Assembly (NCBI GenBank): GCA_902602185.1
Contig: CACKPV010000004.1
Span: 13,479-77,478, forward strand
DNA length: 64,000 nucleotides
Source of the DNA: an uncultured SAR86 cluster bacterium
Lineage (GTDB): Bacteria; Pseudomonadota; Gammaproteobacteria; Magnimaribacterales; D2472
Direction: 5' to 3'
This document shows positions 37,598-47,060 of this stretch, piece after piece. Under the pieces are notes generated by a model that was not told where the DNA came from, ran no database searches, and worked only from the letters and a program-made list of their open reading frames with translations. The first letter of the stretch is position 1, and the number at the start of each line of letters is the position of its first letter. The translations under genes were made by a program, and so were the position numbers.

Positions 37598-38523
37598 ATA
37601 TTTTAGTTATAGCAGAACACGATAATAATGAACTTAAATCATCAACTTTAAATACAATTACAGCTGCCCATAAATTATCTGCAGATATTGATGTTTTAGT
37701 TGCTGGTTCTGAACTAGCAGAAGTATCAAAACAAGCTGCTGCTATTGAAAATATAAAATCTGTAATCAGTGTTGATGATCCAATATACAAAAATTTTCTT
37801 GCAGAAGATTTTGGAAATCTTGTTGCATCAATGGGAGATCAATATAGTTATATTCTTGCACCTGCAACTACTTTCGGGAAAAATTTTCTACCAAGAGTTG
37901 CTGCCAAGTTAGATGTACAACAAATTTCCGATATTATTAGTATTGAATCAGAAGATACTTTTAAAAGACCTATTTATGCAGGTAGTTGTATTGCAACAGT
38001 TAAATCTAGTGATCCTATTAAAGTTATAAGTGTGAGAACTACTGCTTTTGATGCTGCTAATGTAACTGATGCTGAAGTTTCTATTGAATCTAAAGACTCC
38101 CAAAATTCAATGGGAAATGCTACTTTTGTAAAAGATGAATTAGCTGAGAGTGACAGACCAGAACTCACTGCTGCTGAGATAATTGTTTCTGGTGGTCGAG
38201 CTCTTGGATCATCTGAAAATTTCCAAATTATAGAAAGTTTGGCTGATAAATTAGGAGCTGCTGTAGGTGCTTCGAGAGCTGCTGTAGATGCGGGTTATGT
38301 ACCTAATGATTATCAAGTTGGGCAAACAGGTAAGATTGTTGCTCCTTCTTTGTATATTGCTGTTGGTATTTCTGGTGCAATACAACACTTAGCTGGAATG
38401 AAGGACTCCAAAGTTATAGTTGCTATTAACAAAGATGAAGATGCTCCTATTTTTCAAGTAGCTGACTATGGTTTAGTTGGTGATTTATTTGAAGCTATCC
38501 CTGAATTAACTGACTCTATTTAA
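37594..38523 (+). CDS. etfA: Electron transfer flavoprotein alpha subunit
   Basis: [52 protein letters not shown]. Confidence 0.93.
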   Translation: MNILVIAEHDNNELKSSTLNTITAAHKLSADIDVLVAGSELAEVSKQAAAIENIKSVISVDDPIYKNFLAEDFGNLVASMGDQYSYILAPATTFGKNFLPRVAAKLDVQQISDIISIESEDTFKRPIYAGSCIATVKSSDPIKVISVRTTAFDAANVTDAEVSIESKDSQNSMGNATFVKDELAESDRPELTAAEIIVSGGRALGSSENFQIIESLADKLGAAVGASRAAVDAGYVPNDYQVGQTGKIVAPSLYIAVGISGAIQHLAGMKDSKVIVAINKDEDAPIFQVADYGLVGDLFEAIPELTDSI

Positions 38524-38527
38524 CTAT

Positions 38528-39259
38528 ATGGAAAGTCTTTTTCAAGGCTTCTCGCAGGAAACACTTTGGTTTTTAGTTGTTTTTTACGATCTATTACTAA
38601 TTGTTTTACTTTTTAAACTTTTCGGAAAATATGGACTTTATTGTGGAGTAATCCTTGGAATTATCTTAGGAAATCTTCAAGGTGGAAAGGTAAGTGAGTT
38701 TATTCTATTTGGAAATACCTTTACTGTTAGTATGGGAGCGATACTTTATTCAGGTATTTACTTCTCTACTGATCTCTTAAATGAAAAATATGGAAAAAAT
38801 GAAGCAAATAGGGCAGTCAATATTGGGTTCTTTGCTAATATTGCTGTTTTAGTAACTCTGCTCTTAAGCCTATTATTTAAGCCTTCAGATTTGACTGGAT
38901 CTGCTTCAGAAGTTCACAATGCTCTTGCAGTATTAGCATCATACTCACCTGCATTCATTATTGGTTCTTTGACAGCATATTACATAAGTCAAACTTTTGA
39001 TGTTTGGTTTTTTAACTACTTAAAAAATCTTACTCAAGGCAAACATTTATGGATAAGAAATAATGTTTCAACTTTGTGCTCTCAATTAATTGATACCTTT
39101 GTGTACACCTTCACTTGGGTGATTGCTACTGATTTATCTTTGCTCTCTGCATTTTACATAGCCTTATCCAAATACATATTTAAAGTATTTATTGCCCTTT
39201 TAGATACAGTTTTTATATATGCAGTTAAGGATTTAAAACCTTTAACTAAAAATGCCTAA
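38528..39259 (+). CDS. yhhQ: Queuosine-precursor (VUT/YhhQ, DUF165) transporter
   Basis: 243 aa, multi-TM. STDLLNEKYGKNEA, QTFDVWFFNYLK...NNVSTLCSQLIDTFVY and KYIFKVFIALLDT are co-linear with my memory of E. coli YhhQ. Confidence 0.7.
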   Translation: MESLFQGFSQETLWFLVVFYDLLLIVLLFKLFGKYGLYCGVILGIILGNLQGGKVSEFILFGNTFTVSMGAILYSGIYFSTDLLNEKYGKNEANRAVNIGFFANIAVLVTLLLSLLFKPSDLTGSASEVHNALAVLASYSPAFIIGSLTAYYISQTFDVWFFNYLKNLTQGKHLWIRNNVSTLCSQLIDTFVYTFTWVIATDLSLLSAFYIALSKYIFKVFIALLDTVFIYAVKDLKPLTKNA

Positions 39260-40025
39260 TAGGTCCATTGCCTTGACCAAAATTTGGGGCATTTTTTATT
39301 CCTCTTTGAACATATTTAATAGATGTTTCAATGCATTTAGGAATATGTCTCCTAAGTGCTATATTTGTTGCAATAGCTGATGCCAGAGTACAACCTGTTC
39401 CATGTGTGTGTTTTGATGGTATTTTTAACGATTTAAATTCATGAATTGTATTATTTTCTGTTATTAATAGATCTATAATTTCACTGCTATCAGTGTGACC
39501 ACCTTTTATGAGAACATTTTTACACCCCTTACTTTTAAGAATTTTTCCGCACTTTATTTGGTCTTCAAAAGAATTAATTTTCATATCTGCTAGAATTTCT
39601 GCTTCATAAAGGTTTGGTGTAATTAAAAAACTTTTTCCTAAAATGGTTTTTTTTAAATAAGCTATCACTTCAGGAGGTACCAAAACATCTCCAGAAGTTG
39701 CAACCATAACAGGATCCAAAACAACTTTTTTATCAAAGATTATATCTTTTAAGTATTGAAGTAATTTTACATCAGCAATCATTCCAATTTTTATTACATC
39801 AGGATCTAAATCATCCAATACAGATGTAATTTGATCTTTAATTACATCAAGCGGCAGTGGGTAAATATGTTGGACACCTAATGTATTTTGAGCAGTTACA
39901 GCAGTAATAGCAGTCATTGCATACCCCTTGAAATAAGTAATTGCTTTAATATCTGCTTGAATCCCAGCTCCTCCACCAGAATCTGAACCAGCTATTACAA
40001 GAATTTTAGGTACAAACTCACTCAT
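39246..40025 (-). CDS. thiD: Hydroxymethylpyrimidine/phosphomethylpyrimidine kinase
   Basis: 259 aa. Blocks seen: VIAGSDSGGGAGIQADIKA, DPVMVATSG, and GTGCTLASAIA. Confidence 0.9.
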   Translation of the reverse strand: MSEFVPKILVIAGSDSGGGAGIQADIKAITYFKGYAMTAITAVTAQNTLGVQHIYPLPLDVIKDQITSVLDDLDPDVIKIGMIADVKLLQYLKDIIFDKKVVLDPVMVATSGDVLVPPEVIAYLKKTILGKSFLITPNLYEAEILADMKINSFEDQIKCGKILKSKGCKNVLIKGGHTDSSEIIDLLITENNTIHEFKSLKIPSKHTHGTGCTLASAIATNIALRRHIPKCIETSIKYVQRGIKNAPNFGQGNGPIRHF

Positions 40026-40035
40026 AACAAAATTG

Positions 40036-40067
40036 TAAAAAAAAATGCCTGTAATTTATACAGGCAT
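40036..40067 (-). terminator. Intrinsic terminator after the 40089-40514 gene
   Basis: On the minus strand a 9-bp stem atgcctgta / tacaggcat with a 5-nt loop is followed by a run of 9 T. Confidence 0.7.
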
Positions 40068-40088
40068 CTTTGTTTAAATCAGTTTAAT

Positions 40089-40514
40089 TTATTTGCTAGT
40101 ATCAAACCATAATTGAACTGTTGCAGTTAAAAAACCAGTTATATAAAAAACGTAACCAGCAATCATTCGAAGTGAATTTGAACCTCCAGATTCTACATAG
40201 ACTTGTGATCCAGACGATAAATCAAGATCACCATTTGCAGCATCTAAACCAGCTAAAGCATTAGCATGAGCTGTCCAGACAACCTCAGTTGATTGTACAA
40301 TATTCATTCCGCCCATTAAAACTGAAAGTGCAAATAAAGTTAATATAACTTTGCCAACTACGTTGACTCCTTTTTCTAATGCTACACTTGAAAATCTTGC
40401 AGCAACCCAAACGGCTATAACCATAGCTATTGCAAAAGATGCATTTGCACCACGCCCTTGTTGAAATAAATCCCATAGACCCATTTCTAACCAAGCACTC
40501 TCCATTAATTCCAT
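40089..40514 (-). CDS. Hypothetical small membrane protein (141 aa)
   Basis: The ATG at 40514 is preceded by GGAGG at a 5-nt spacing. The tracked 161-aa ORF extends further upstream. About 3 TM. No family recognised. Confidence 0.5.
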   Translation of the reverse strand: MELMESAWLEMGLWDLFQQGRGANASFAIAMVIAVWVAARFSSVALEKGVNVVGKVILTLFALSVLMGGMNIVQSTEVVWTAHANALAGLDAANGDLDLSSGSQVYVESGGSNSLRMIAGYVFYITGFLTATVQLWFDTSK

Positions 40515-40586
40515 AAAAACCTCCGTAATGTTATGAAAATAATATTGTACTAGAAATTGTAATAAGAAAAACAATAAAAGAATTTA

Positions 40587-41528
40587 TTATTTTTGCATTG
40601 GAAACCACAAAAAAAGTTGAGAAGTTGAATTCATATACTCTCTGTAATCCGGTCTTCTTTTTAGACTCCTGTTATCCATCATTGGACAGGAAATAAATAC
40701 AAAAAGCATAAGCATAATCGTAGGACAAATAAGCATCCAGTATAGATTCATAGCAGATAGTCCAATAAAGTAAATACCAAACCAAAATAAAACTTCTCCA
40801 AGATAATTAGGGTGACGTGAGTATTTCCATAAACCAATATTCATTGTTTTTCCAACATTATTTTTATCAGCTCTAAAGGTCCGCATTTGTTCATCTGCAA
40901 CAGCTTGAAGTATCACAGCAGTAGACGTAAATACAGATGCTAATACTAATGTAAAACTGAACTCTGTTTCCCATTCCAATTGAAGTGAAATGGGAAATAA
41001 TGCAAGATTTACGATTAATGTTGGTATGAGATGAATCCCAAAAAAATCATTAATAAATGCTAATAACTTATTATTATTTTTTAGATCAATGTAACGAAAA
41101 TCTTCATGGTAAAGATTTTGCCAATTTTTGTACCAATTATAAGTAAGACGTAATGACCAAAAAAGAAATGGAAAAATTACTAATAAATCTTTGTATATAA
41201 AATAATTATCAAAACACATAAAAATAACAATAGGTATTGGTGCTACATGCCAGAATGGATCATAGATACTGGAATTATTATGTAACTTACTGAATATAAA
41301 AATAATGATTGTGGCACTAATATGCCAAGTTAATATAAACCACCATGAATATGCTATACCCATTTTATTTAGTTCTGATAAGAAGGTAACCAAACCAATT
41401 AGATTTTGATTAGTTATTGATAAGTTAAAAAGGGAAACAGTTATAAATAATGCAATTGTAAAAGCAACAAGATAATAAAATCCTACCAGAAGCAAACTTA
41501 AATGCTTGTCTGCTAGGATTTTATTCAT
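40587..41528 (-). CDS. DUF1295 / steroid 5-alpha-reductase-like membrane protein
   Basis: 313 aa, multi-TM. The C-terminal block is GLWKYSRHPNYLGEVLFWFGIY. Confidence 0.75.
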   Translation of the reverse strand: MNKILADKHLSLLLVGFYYLVAFTIALFITVSLFNLSITNQNLIGLVTFLSELNKMGIAYSWWFILTWHISATIIIFIFSKLHNNSSIYDPFWHVAPIPIVIFMCFDNYFIYKDLLVIFPFLFWSLRLTYNWYKNWQNLYHEDFRYIDLKNNNKLLAFINDFFGIHLIPTLIVNLALFPISLQLEWETEFSFTLVLASVFTSTAVILQAVADEQMRTFRADKNNVGKTMNIGLWKYSRHPNYLGEVLFWFGIYFIGLSAMNLYWMLICPTIMLMLFVFISCPMMDNRSLKRRPDYREYMNSTSQLFLWFPMQK

Positions 41529-42560
41529 TTATACCTTAATAAGATCATGGCAATTGGTATTCTCAAAAAAATCTCTTATTATTTTTTGATCATCCGATGA
41601 GAGTTGTTGAAAGCGTTCACGAATCCATTCAATACATTTAAATTGATATTTAAAAGATTTTTGTTTCCAAGTTGAACCGTTTATTTCAATTTCCCAAGTC
41701 TCGTCACCGGATTTGCAGGCTTGATGATTAGCTACCATGCAGGGGACATACAACTTACTGATTTCTTGAAATAGCATATTTAGAGATAACATTATATCGT
41801 TATCATAAATCTCGTTACGATCATCGATATCATACCCAGAAAGGTCATGTAAATTATTAATCCAAGCAACAGTCCTCATTGAGTATTTATGTGCTAACGC
41901 TCTGGGTGTTGGATCAAAATTTATCAACTGTTGGAGTTGACCAAAAAATGCAAAATCACTTGATGATGGAAAATTACCCAATAAAAATGAGTGTTGTTTA
42001 AAATGTTTTTCTAAACATTCTAATAACTCAATGTAGCTTTGTTCAATTAATTTGGCAGTTTCTTTATTCGATCCAACCACCCATAATCTTTCTTTTTGTC
42101 TAGAACTGATAAACTTGCCAAAAGTATGTAAATCTTCATCACTAATGTTCATATAGTTAGTTAACGGAAGTAAAATTTCAGCATTATCAGCATCTTTTTT
42201 GAAATGCCAACGATAATGAAACATATACTTAGTCATCCATTCATCACCAAAATCTTCGAGGATATAATTTAAGAATTTTAAAACTGAATGAGTTGGTAAA
42301 ACCGGTCGAAGGGGGTTAGTAATTTCCAAGTTTTCAATAATTGGAGTAGTATCTGTTGACACTGATTTTAAATTGTTTGAATCCATAATTACTGAAGGTA
42401 AAAGGGATGGTTTTGCTGGTTCTAAATTAAATTTTTTTAGATTTGAAGTAATGTCACCCCAATGGATTGAATAAGGTATATGTTTAAATCTTAACAAAGC
42501 TAAAAGTTTTAACGTATACGGGGAAGGGGTAGCACCAAAAACTTGCAATCTATCAGTCAT
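41529..42560 (-). CDS. Glutathione S-transferase-like protein (divergent)
   Basis: 343 aa. The N-terminus FGATPSPYTLKLLALLRFKHIPY...LPSV looks like a GST-N/thioredoxin-like domain. The rest is not recognised. Confidence 0.55.
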   Translation of the reverse strand: MTDRLQVFGATPSPYTLKLLALLRFKHIPYSIHWGDITSNLKKFNLEPAKPSLLPSVIMDSNNLKSVSTDTTPIIENLEITNPLRPVLPTHSVLKFLNYILEDFGDEWMTKYMFHYRWHFKKDADNAEILLPLTNYMNISDEDLHTFGKFISSRQKERLWVVGSNKETAKLIEQSYIELLECLEKHFKQHSFLLGNFPSSSDFAFFGQLQQLINFDPTPRALAHKYSMRTVAWINNLHDLSGYDIDDRNEIYDNDIMLSLNMLFQEISKLYVPCMVANHQACKSGDETWEIEINGSTWKQKSFKYQFKCIEWIRERFQQLSSDDQKIIRDFFENTNCHDLIKV

Positions 42561-42561
42561 A

Positions 42562-43239
42562 TTATTTTTGAATTATCTTATTTGATTCTTTTATAAATTT
42601 CTCTGCATTTTCTTTTTTTAAAAGATTTTCTACTTTAAAGGGTACTTCAATCCCTTTTAACATACCTGGTTGTTCATACATTCTTTTAGACCAAGACATC
42701 AGATTATCTAATCCTTCAACATTAACACCAGACCACTTATATGTTCGAACCCAACACCAATTTGCAATATCAGCAATTGAATAATCTCCTGCAATCCAGT
42801 CTTGCTTTGATAATTGTTTATCAAGTACTTTGAATAACCTACGACATTCATTTTGATATCTATCGATAGCAGTTGGAATTTTTTCAGGCATGTAACGAAA
42901 AAAAACATTAGCTTGTCCCATCATGGGCCCAATCCCAGACATTTGAAACATCAACCACTGAATAACATTTGATCTTTCTTTTGTAGATGTTGGAATCAAC
43001 TCACCTTTTTTGTCTGCAAGGTAGATTAAAATTGCACCCGATTCAAAAATTGATAAATTATTTTCGGAATCTACTATTGCAGGTATTCTGCCGTTAGGAC
43101 TAATTTTTAAAAAATTTTTTGATAATTGTTCACCTTCCATAAGATTAATAGCATGAGTCTTATAGGGAATTTTTAAAGCCTCTAACGTACAAGAAATTTT
43201 ATGACCATTTGGGGTAGGAGAAGTATATAAATCAATCAT
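42562..43239 (-). CDS. Nu-class glutathione S-transferase (YfcG/YghU-like)
   Basis: The ATG at 43239 gives MIDLYTSPTPNGHKISCTLEAL...ISPNGRIPAIVD...ESGAILIYLA. It overlaps the upstream stop by 8 nt. Confidence 0.85.
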   Translation of the reverse strand: MIDLYTSPTPNGHKISCTLEALKIPYKTHAINLMEGEQLSKNFLKISPNGRIPAIVDSENNLSIFESGAILIYLADKKGELIPTSTKERSNVIQWLMFQMSGIGPMMGQANVFFRYMPEKIPTAIDRYQNECRRLFKVLDKQLSKQDWIAGDYSIADIANWCWVRTYKWSGVNVEGLDNLMSWSKRMYEQPGMLKGIEVPFKVENLLKKENAEKFIKESNKIIQK

Positions 43240-43813
43240 TAGTTTGTTGCAAAGGATAAGATGTTGTCTCAATATTTAGTTGACCTTCAAGACCTGCCTG
43301 GCGATGAATTTCAATTTTTTGATAATCTGTATTATTAATCATTTTAAGAAGTGCATTTTTGCTTGGATAATAAACTACTGCAACAGCATCCCATAATTCA
43401 TCTATTGTGCCAATTAGTAAATTATTTACCTCTCCTTTAAAAATTATTTCCCCCCCAACTTGTTTTAAATAGGGCTCTAATTCCTCTGCATATATTGAGT
43501 AAGCTTCCTGACCTGATAGTGTTGTTAGTCTTTTATCAGGATAATTAGCATATTTTTTAAATTTAAGAAGATTAACCATATAGATAGGGGATTTATTATC
43601 ACCAGTTACAAGTCGAGTAATTTGTTTGGCATTAGGTCTTAATGCATTGTTAAATACATTATCACTTAGTGCCGTTTCATGTTTATCTTCACTCATAGGT
43701 AGTCCAGAAGATAGCATACTTTTGTTCTCATTGGGTATTATTGACAATCGAATAAACCACAGAACTGTTATAGAAATTACTGTTATAACAAGAATCGTAA
43801 TTAGCAACCTCAT
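43232..43813 (-). CDS. DUF1330-domain protein with N-terminal membrane anchor
   Basis: 193 aa. The TM is LLITILVITVISITVLWFI. The C-terminal ~100 aa (PIYMVNLLKF...WDAVAVVYYPSKNALLKMINNTDYQ) matches the DUF1330 pattern. Confidence 0.65.
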   Translation of the reverse strand: MRLLITILVITVISITVLWFIRLSIIPNENKSMLSSGLPMSEDKHETALSDNVFNNALRPNAKQITRLVTGDNKSPIYMVNLLKFKKYANYPDKRLTTLSGQEAYSIYAEELEPYLKQVGGEIIFKGEVNNLLIGTIDELWDAVAVVYYPSKNALLKMINNTDYQKIEIHRQAGLEGQLNIETTSYPLQQTND

Positions 43814-44856
43814 TGTAGCGAGGTTTGTATAATCTCTTCTGATCCAATAGGTAACTCAAATACCATCCCATCTTCACCAATTGCATAATTATCTAATGCA
43901 TTATCTAATAAATTTACGTAAACACTTTCTGTCAGACTGTTTGTTGGTGCCGGAACCATATGATATGTCAAAAGAAATTTGGCATTAGATCGTCTCATCA
44001 CATCAATCACCTCAGGGATAGTTGCATGATAGTCTTGAACATCAAGGATAATTTTTGACCTTGTCAACATATTTTCTTTTTCCATTCTTGCTTGTGTTAA
44101 ATTTAAAATATCTGTAGACAGTATGTCATGAGCTAATATATCTACATTTTCTGCAGCTATAATAATACTTTCACAGTGATCAGTGTCTCCACTTATTAAA
44201 ATTTTGCGATCAAAATATTGTATTAAATATCCATAACTTTCATGAACAGGATCATGACAATTCTTTATGGCAGTAATTTTAAGATTATTTTGATCTATTA
44301 CAACTTGATTATCCTTGATAATAAATGTTTCAAATCCAAAATTCTCAATTGGAGCAACTGCATCACCATGATGCTCATTTCGATAGATAGAGTCATTTTT
44401 ATATACAAGTTCATATCCTGCAGTTACATCTTTGGTTCCTTTAGGTCCAAATACTTTTAATTTACCTGTTCTTCCAGTGACCCAACTTTGGAGATGAACC
44501 TCACCTAAGTTTCCAATATGATCAGAATGTAAATGGGTTAACAAGACTGAATTAAGATTATTTAATGGAATGTTCCAAGCTAAAATATTAGCTGCGCTGC
44601 CGTTGCCAGAATCGATTATAAATAAATCATTCCCAGCTTTTACAATAAAACATGTCTCTGCTCTTCCTGGTGCTGCCAGAGGTGATCTTGAACCACATAA
44701 AACTAGGTTAAGAGAATCATTAGACATAAAGTCCTGACTTAGTTTTACTCTGTCAGCAAATATTTCTAAAAGTTTAAATTTGATTTGTGGACTTTGATAA
44801 AGAGTTAAAGGAATTACTATCAAAGAGATAAAAGACCAAAATATTATTCTTTTCAT
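43810..44856 (-). CDS. Metallo-beta-lactamase-fold hydrolase (RNase Z/ElaC-like), exported or anchored
   Basis: 348 aa with an N-terminal hydrophobic segment. The H-x-H-x-D-H motif is LTHLHSDHIGNLG, and later GDTDHC and HD are present. Confidence 0.8.
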   Translation of the reverse strand: MKRIIFWSFISLIVIPLTLYQSPQIKFKLLEIFADRVKLSQDFMSNDSLNLVLCGSRSPLAAPGRAETCFIVKAGNDLFIIDSGNGSAANILAWNIPLNNLNSVLLTHLHSDHIGNLGEVHLQSWVTGRTGKLKVFGPKGTKDVTAGYELVYKNDSIYRNEHHGDAVAPIENFGFETFIIKDNQVVIDQNNLKITAIKNCHDPVHESYGYLIQYFDRKILISGDTDHCESIIIAAENVDILAHDILSTDILNLTQARMEKENMLTRSKIILDVQDYHATIPEVIDVMRRSNAKFLLTYHMVPAPTNSLTESVYVNLLDNALDNYAIGEDGMVFELPIGSEEIIQTSLQ

Positions 44857-44878
44857 GACTCAATTATAATTTAATTTA

Positions 44879-45811
44879 ATGTTATATATCTTTCTTCTTA
44901 TTTTTTTAATTCCCATTTTTATTTTTTTGTATCCGGCATTATCTCTCATTTTAGGCATATTCTTTAGTTTTGTTTTAACTCCAGAAAAAAACTTTATAAC
45001 AATCTCACTAAAAACTTATCCAATTCAAGTAGCTATTGTTTTAATTGGTTTAAGTTTAAATTTCGAGGTGTTGAATTTTATTAATATTAATATCATTTTA
45101 TACATAAGTTTTGCTGTAATTTTCACCTTTTTTTTAGGTCTTCTAATTGGGAAAATCATGGGTCTAAATACAAACTATGTTTATCTTATCAGTGCTGGTA
45201 CTGCAATTTGTGGTGCATCAGCTATGCTCGCATTGGCTTCGACAATTAAAGTTCAATCTAAACAATTAGCAATCTCTATCGGTATCCTTTTCTTTTTAAA
45301 TACTTTAGCAATAATTATATTTCCATATATAGGATATGTCTTTGATTTCAATACATATGAATTTGGATTCTTCTCAGCTCTAGCAATTCATGATACTGCA
45401 AATGTGATTGGTACTGCATTAATATTTGATAGAGAATCAGCTGAAGTTGCGACAACTTTAAAACTATTTAGAACACTTTGGATAATTCCATTACTTTTGT
45501 TTGTGACTTACAAATTTAAATCTACACAAGAAAATATTTTTTTTACCATTCCAAAATTTATAATATTTTTTATTTTTGCAGTAGCTCTAAATCTATTATT
45601 TAGTATTCCAGAAAGTATTAATAATATTTTTGAAATTGGAAGCATTGTTTTAATAAATTTAGGTTTATTTTGTATTGGGACTCAATTTAGTTATAAAAAT
45701 CTAAATCCAAATTCCTTATATATAGCATTAGGTTTTTCTTTGATATTATGGATCTCTATTATTTTATTAACTTTATTACCTATAAGTATTAATTTTTTTA
45801 GATTTAATTAA
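44879..45811 (+). CDS. yeiH: YeiH/UPF0324-family membrane protein (putative sulfate exporter family)
   Basis: 310 aa, about 9-10 TM. The conserved block is ISAGTAICGASAMLA. Confidence 0.65.
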   Translation: MLYIFLLIFLIPIFIFLYPALSLILGIFFSFVLTPEKNFITISLKTYPIQVAIVLIGLSLNFEVLNFININIILYISFAVIFTFFLGLLIGKIMGLNTNYVYLISAGTAICGASAMLALASTIKVQSKQLAISIGILFFLNTLAIIIFPYIGYVFDFNTYEFGFFSALAIHDTANVIGTALIFDRESAEVATTLKLFRTLWIIPLLLFVTYKFKSTQENIFFTIPKFIIFFIFAVALNLLFSIPESINNIFEIGSIVLINLGLFCIGTQFSYKNLNPNSLYIALGFSLILWISIILLTLLPISINFFRFN

Positions 45812-45855
45812 AAAAAACATTTAATATTTATATTTAAATATTTTTAGAGGTTTTT

Positions 45856-46593
45856 ATGTATAAAAAAATTTTATTAATTTGTATTTTATTTGTATCTTCA
45901 GATTTTCTTATAGCTGATGACCATGCTGTTGAGATTGCAAGTGATGGGACTGTTGCCGAATTTAACTATTTTTCAGTAACAAATCCAGTAGCCTTTATGA
46001 AGTCTCTTGATATGTTTGATAAATCAGAATGTGCAAATAAATGGAGAGAAGAATCAAATGTGAAAGTAAGTTTATGGGCACTTCGAGGATCGCCGAGTAG
46101 CCATTTCATTTTAGTTGTTTATGATAATTATGATCAAATGGAAAAAGGGAGGTCTATTTTTACATCTTGTCCTGAATCTGCAAAAATGCTTGCAAGTTTT
46201 TCTAGAACGACCGAAACTGATCGAACCTATAATTGGGTAACCGAAAATGCATTATCTGGTCGAGATTGGGAAACAAATAGTGTTTTTTCAAAGTTTAATT
46301 TCAGAGTAGAAAGAGGTCATGAGATGCATTATGCCTCGGCATGGAAAAACTTAATGTCAAATAGCTTAGACTTATTTGATGGCTCATTTGGTTTGAATGC
46401 TGTTGCATATGGAAATAGATATTCAACACACATGGTTTATATTGGCGCTAATTCAATGCAAGAACTTGCTGATGGTTTAGCTGCTGTCCGAGCAACTGAT
46501 ACCTATAAAGATTTTGTTCAAGAAACTACTGGAATAGTTTCTGGAGTTCATAGTCAAATGGTTCAGTTTGTTAAAAACTTTGATGGTTCCTAA
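45856..46593 (+). CDS. Secreted hypothetical protein with internal two-domain repeat
   Basis: 245 aa with signal peptide MYKKILLICILFVSSDFLIA. The two ~100-aa halves look alike (AEFNYFSVTNPVAFMKSLDMF... versus SKFNFRVERGHEMHYASAWKNLM...). Confidence 0.5.
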   Translation: MYKKILLICILFVSSDFLIADDHAVEIASDGTVAEFNYFSVTNPVAFMKSLDMFDKSECANKWREESNVKVSLWALRGSPSSHFILVVYDNYDQMEKGRSIFTSCPESAKMLASFSRTTETDRTYNWVTENALSGRDWETNSVFSKFNFRVERGHEMHYASAWKNLMSNSLDLFDGSFGLNAVAYGNRYSTHMVYIGANSMQELADGLAAVRATDTYKDFVQETTGIVSGVHSQMVQFVKNFDGS

Positions 46594-46594
46594 A

Positions 46595-46999
46595 ATGAGA
46601 TTTTTAATTTTTAGTTTTTCATTTTTATCCATTTTAATCATTGCAGATGATCATGCACCTCAACCAGCATTCCCTGGTTTAATAGCAACAGAAGTATTTG
46701 ATCTGGGCGATAACATGAGTATGCATGTTGAGAGAAGAAAATCTTGTAACGAAGGTGGTGTAGCTAAACACTTTCATCCGGCTGCAGGCACATTAGTTTA
46801 TGTACTTGATGGTCAATCGCAATCTAAATCATCAGGCAATTGGAAAACTTACTCTAAAAATGAGTATTGGTTTGAAAGATCAGATTGGGTTCATGGTGGT
46901 GAAGAAGATACTCCTCAACTACCTGAGGGGACATGTCAGGAACTGCTTGTTGTGAGAATTGCCGAAACTGGCAAGGATCACACAGTATTTATTGATTAA
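46595..46999 (+). CDS. Secreted cupin-domain protein
   Basis: The ATG at 46595 lies 1 nt after the upstream stop. Signal peptide MRFLIFSFSFLSILIIA. A cupin-like KHFHPAAGTLVYVLDG is present. Confidence 0.6.
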   Translation: MRFLIFSFSFLSILIIADDHAPQPAFPGLIATEVFDLGDNMSMHVERRKSCNEGGVAKHFHPAAGTLVYVLDGQSQSKSSGNWKTYSKNEYWFERSDWVHGGEEDTPQLPEGTCQELLVVRIAETGKDHTVFID

Positions 47000-47010
47000 G
47001 ATAAATATTT

Positions 47011-47042
47011 AAAAAAAACCCACTAAAATGTGGGTTTTTTTG
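47011..47042 (+). terminator. Intrinsic terminator
   Basis: aaaaaaaacccac-taaaat-gtgggttttttt: a GC core stem extended by A/T pairs, followed by a T-run. Confidence 0.7.
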
Positions 47043-47060
47043 TTTTGATATAATAATAAT

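Noticed and set aside
38524-40088. Possible preQ1 or TPP riboswitches ahead of yhhQ and thiD.
   Set aside because: The spacer before yhhQ is 4 nt. The 63-nt spacer before thiD is fully accounted for by the terminator hairpin, which leaves no room for an aptamer.
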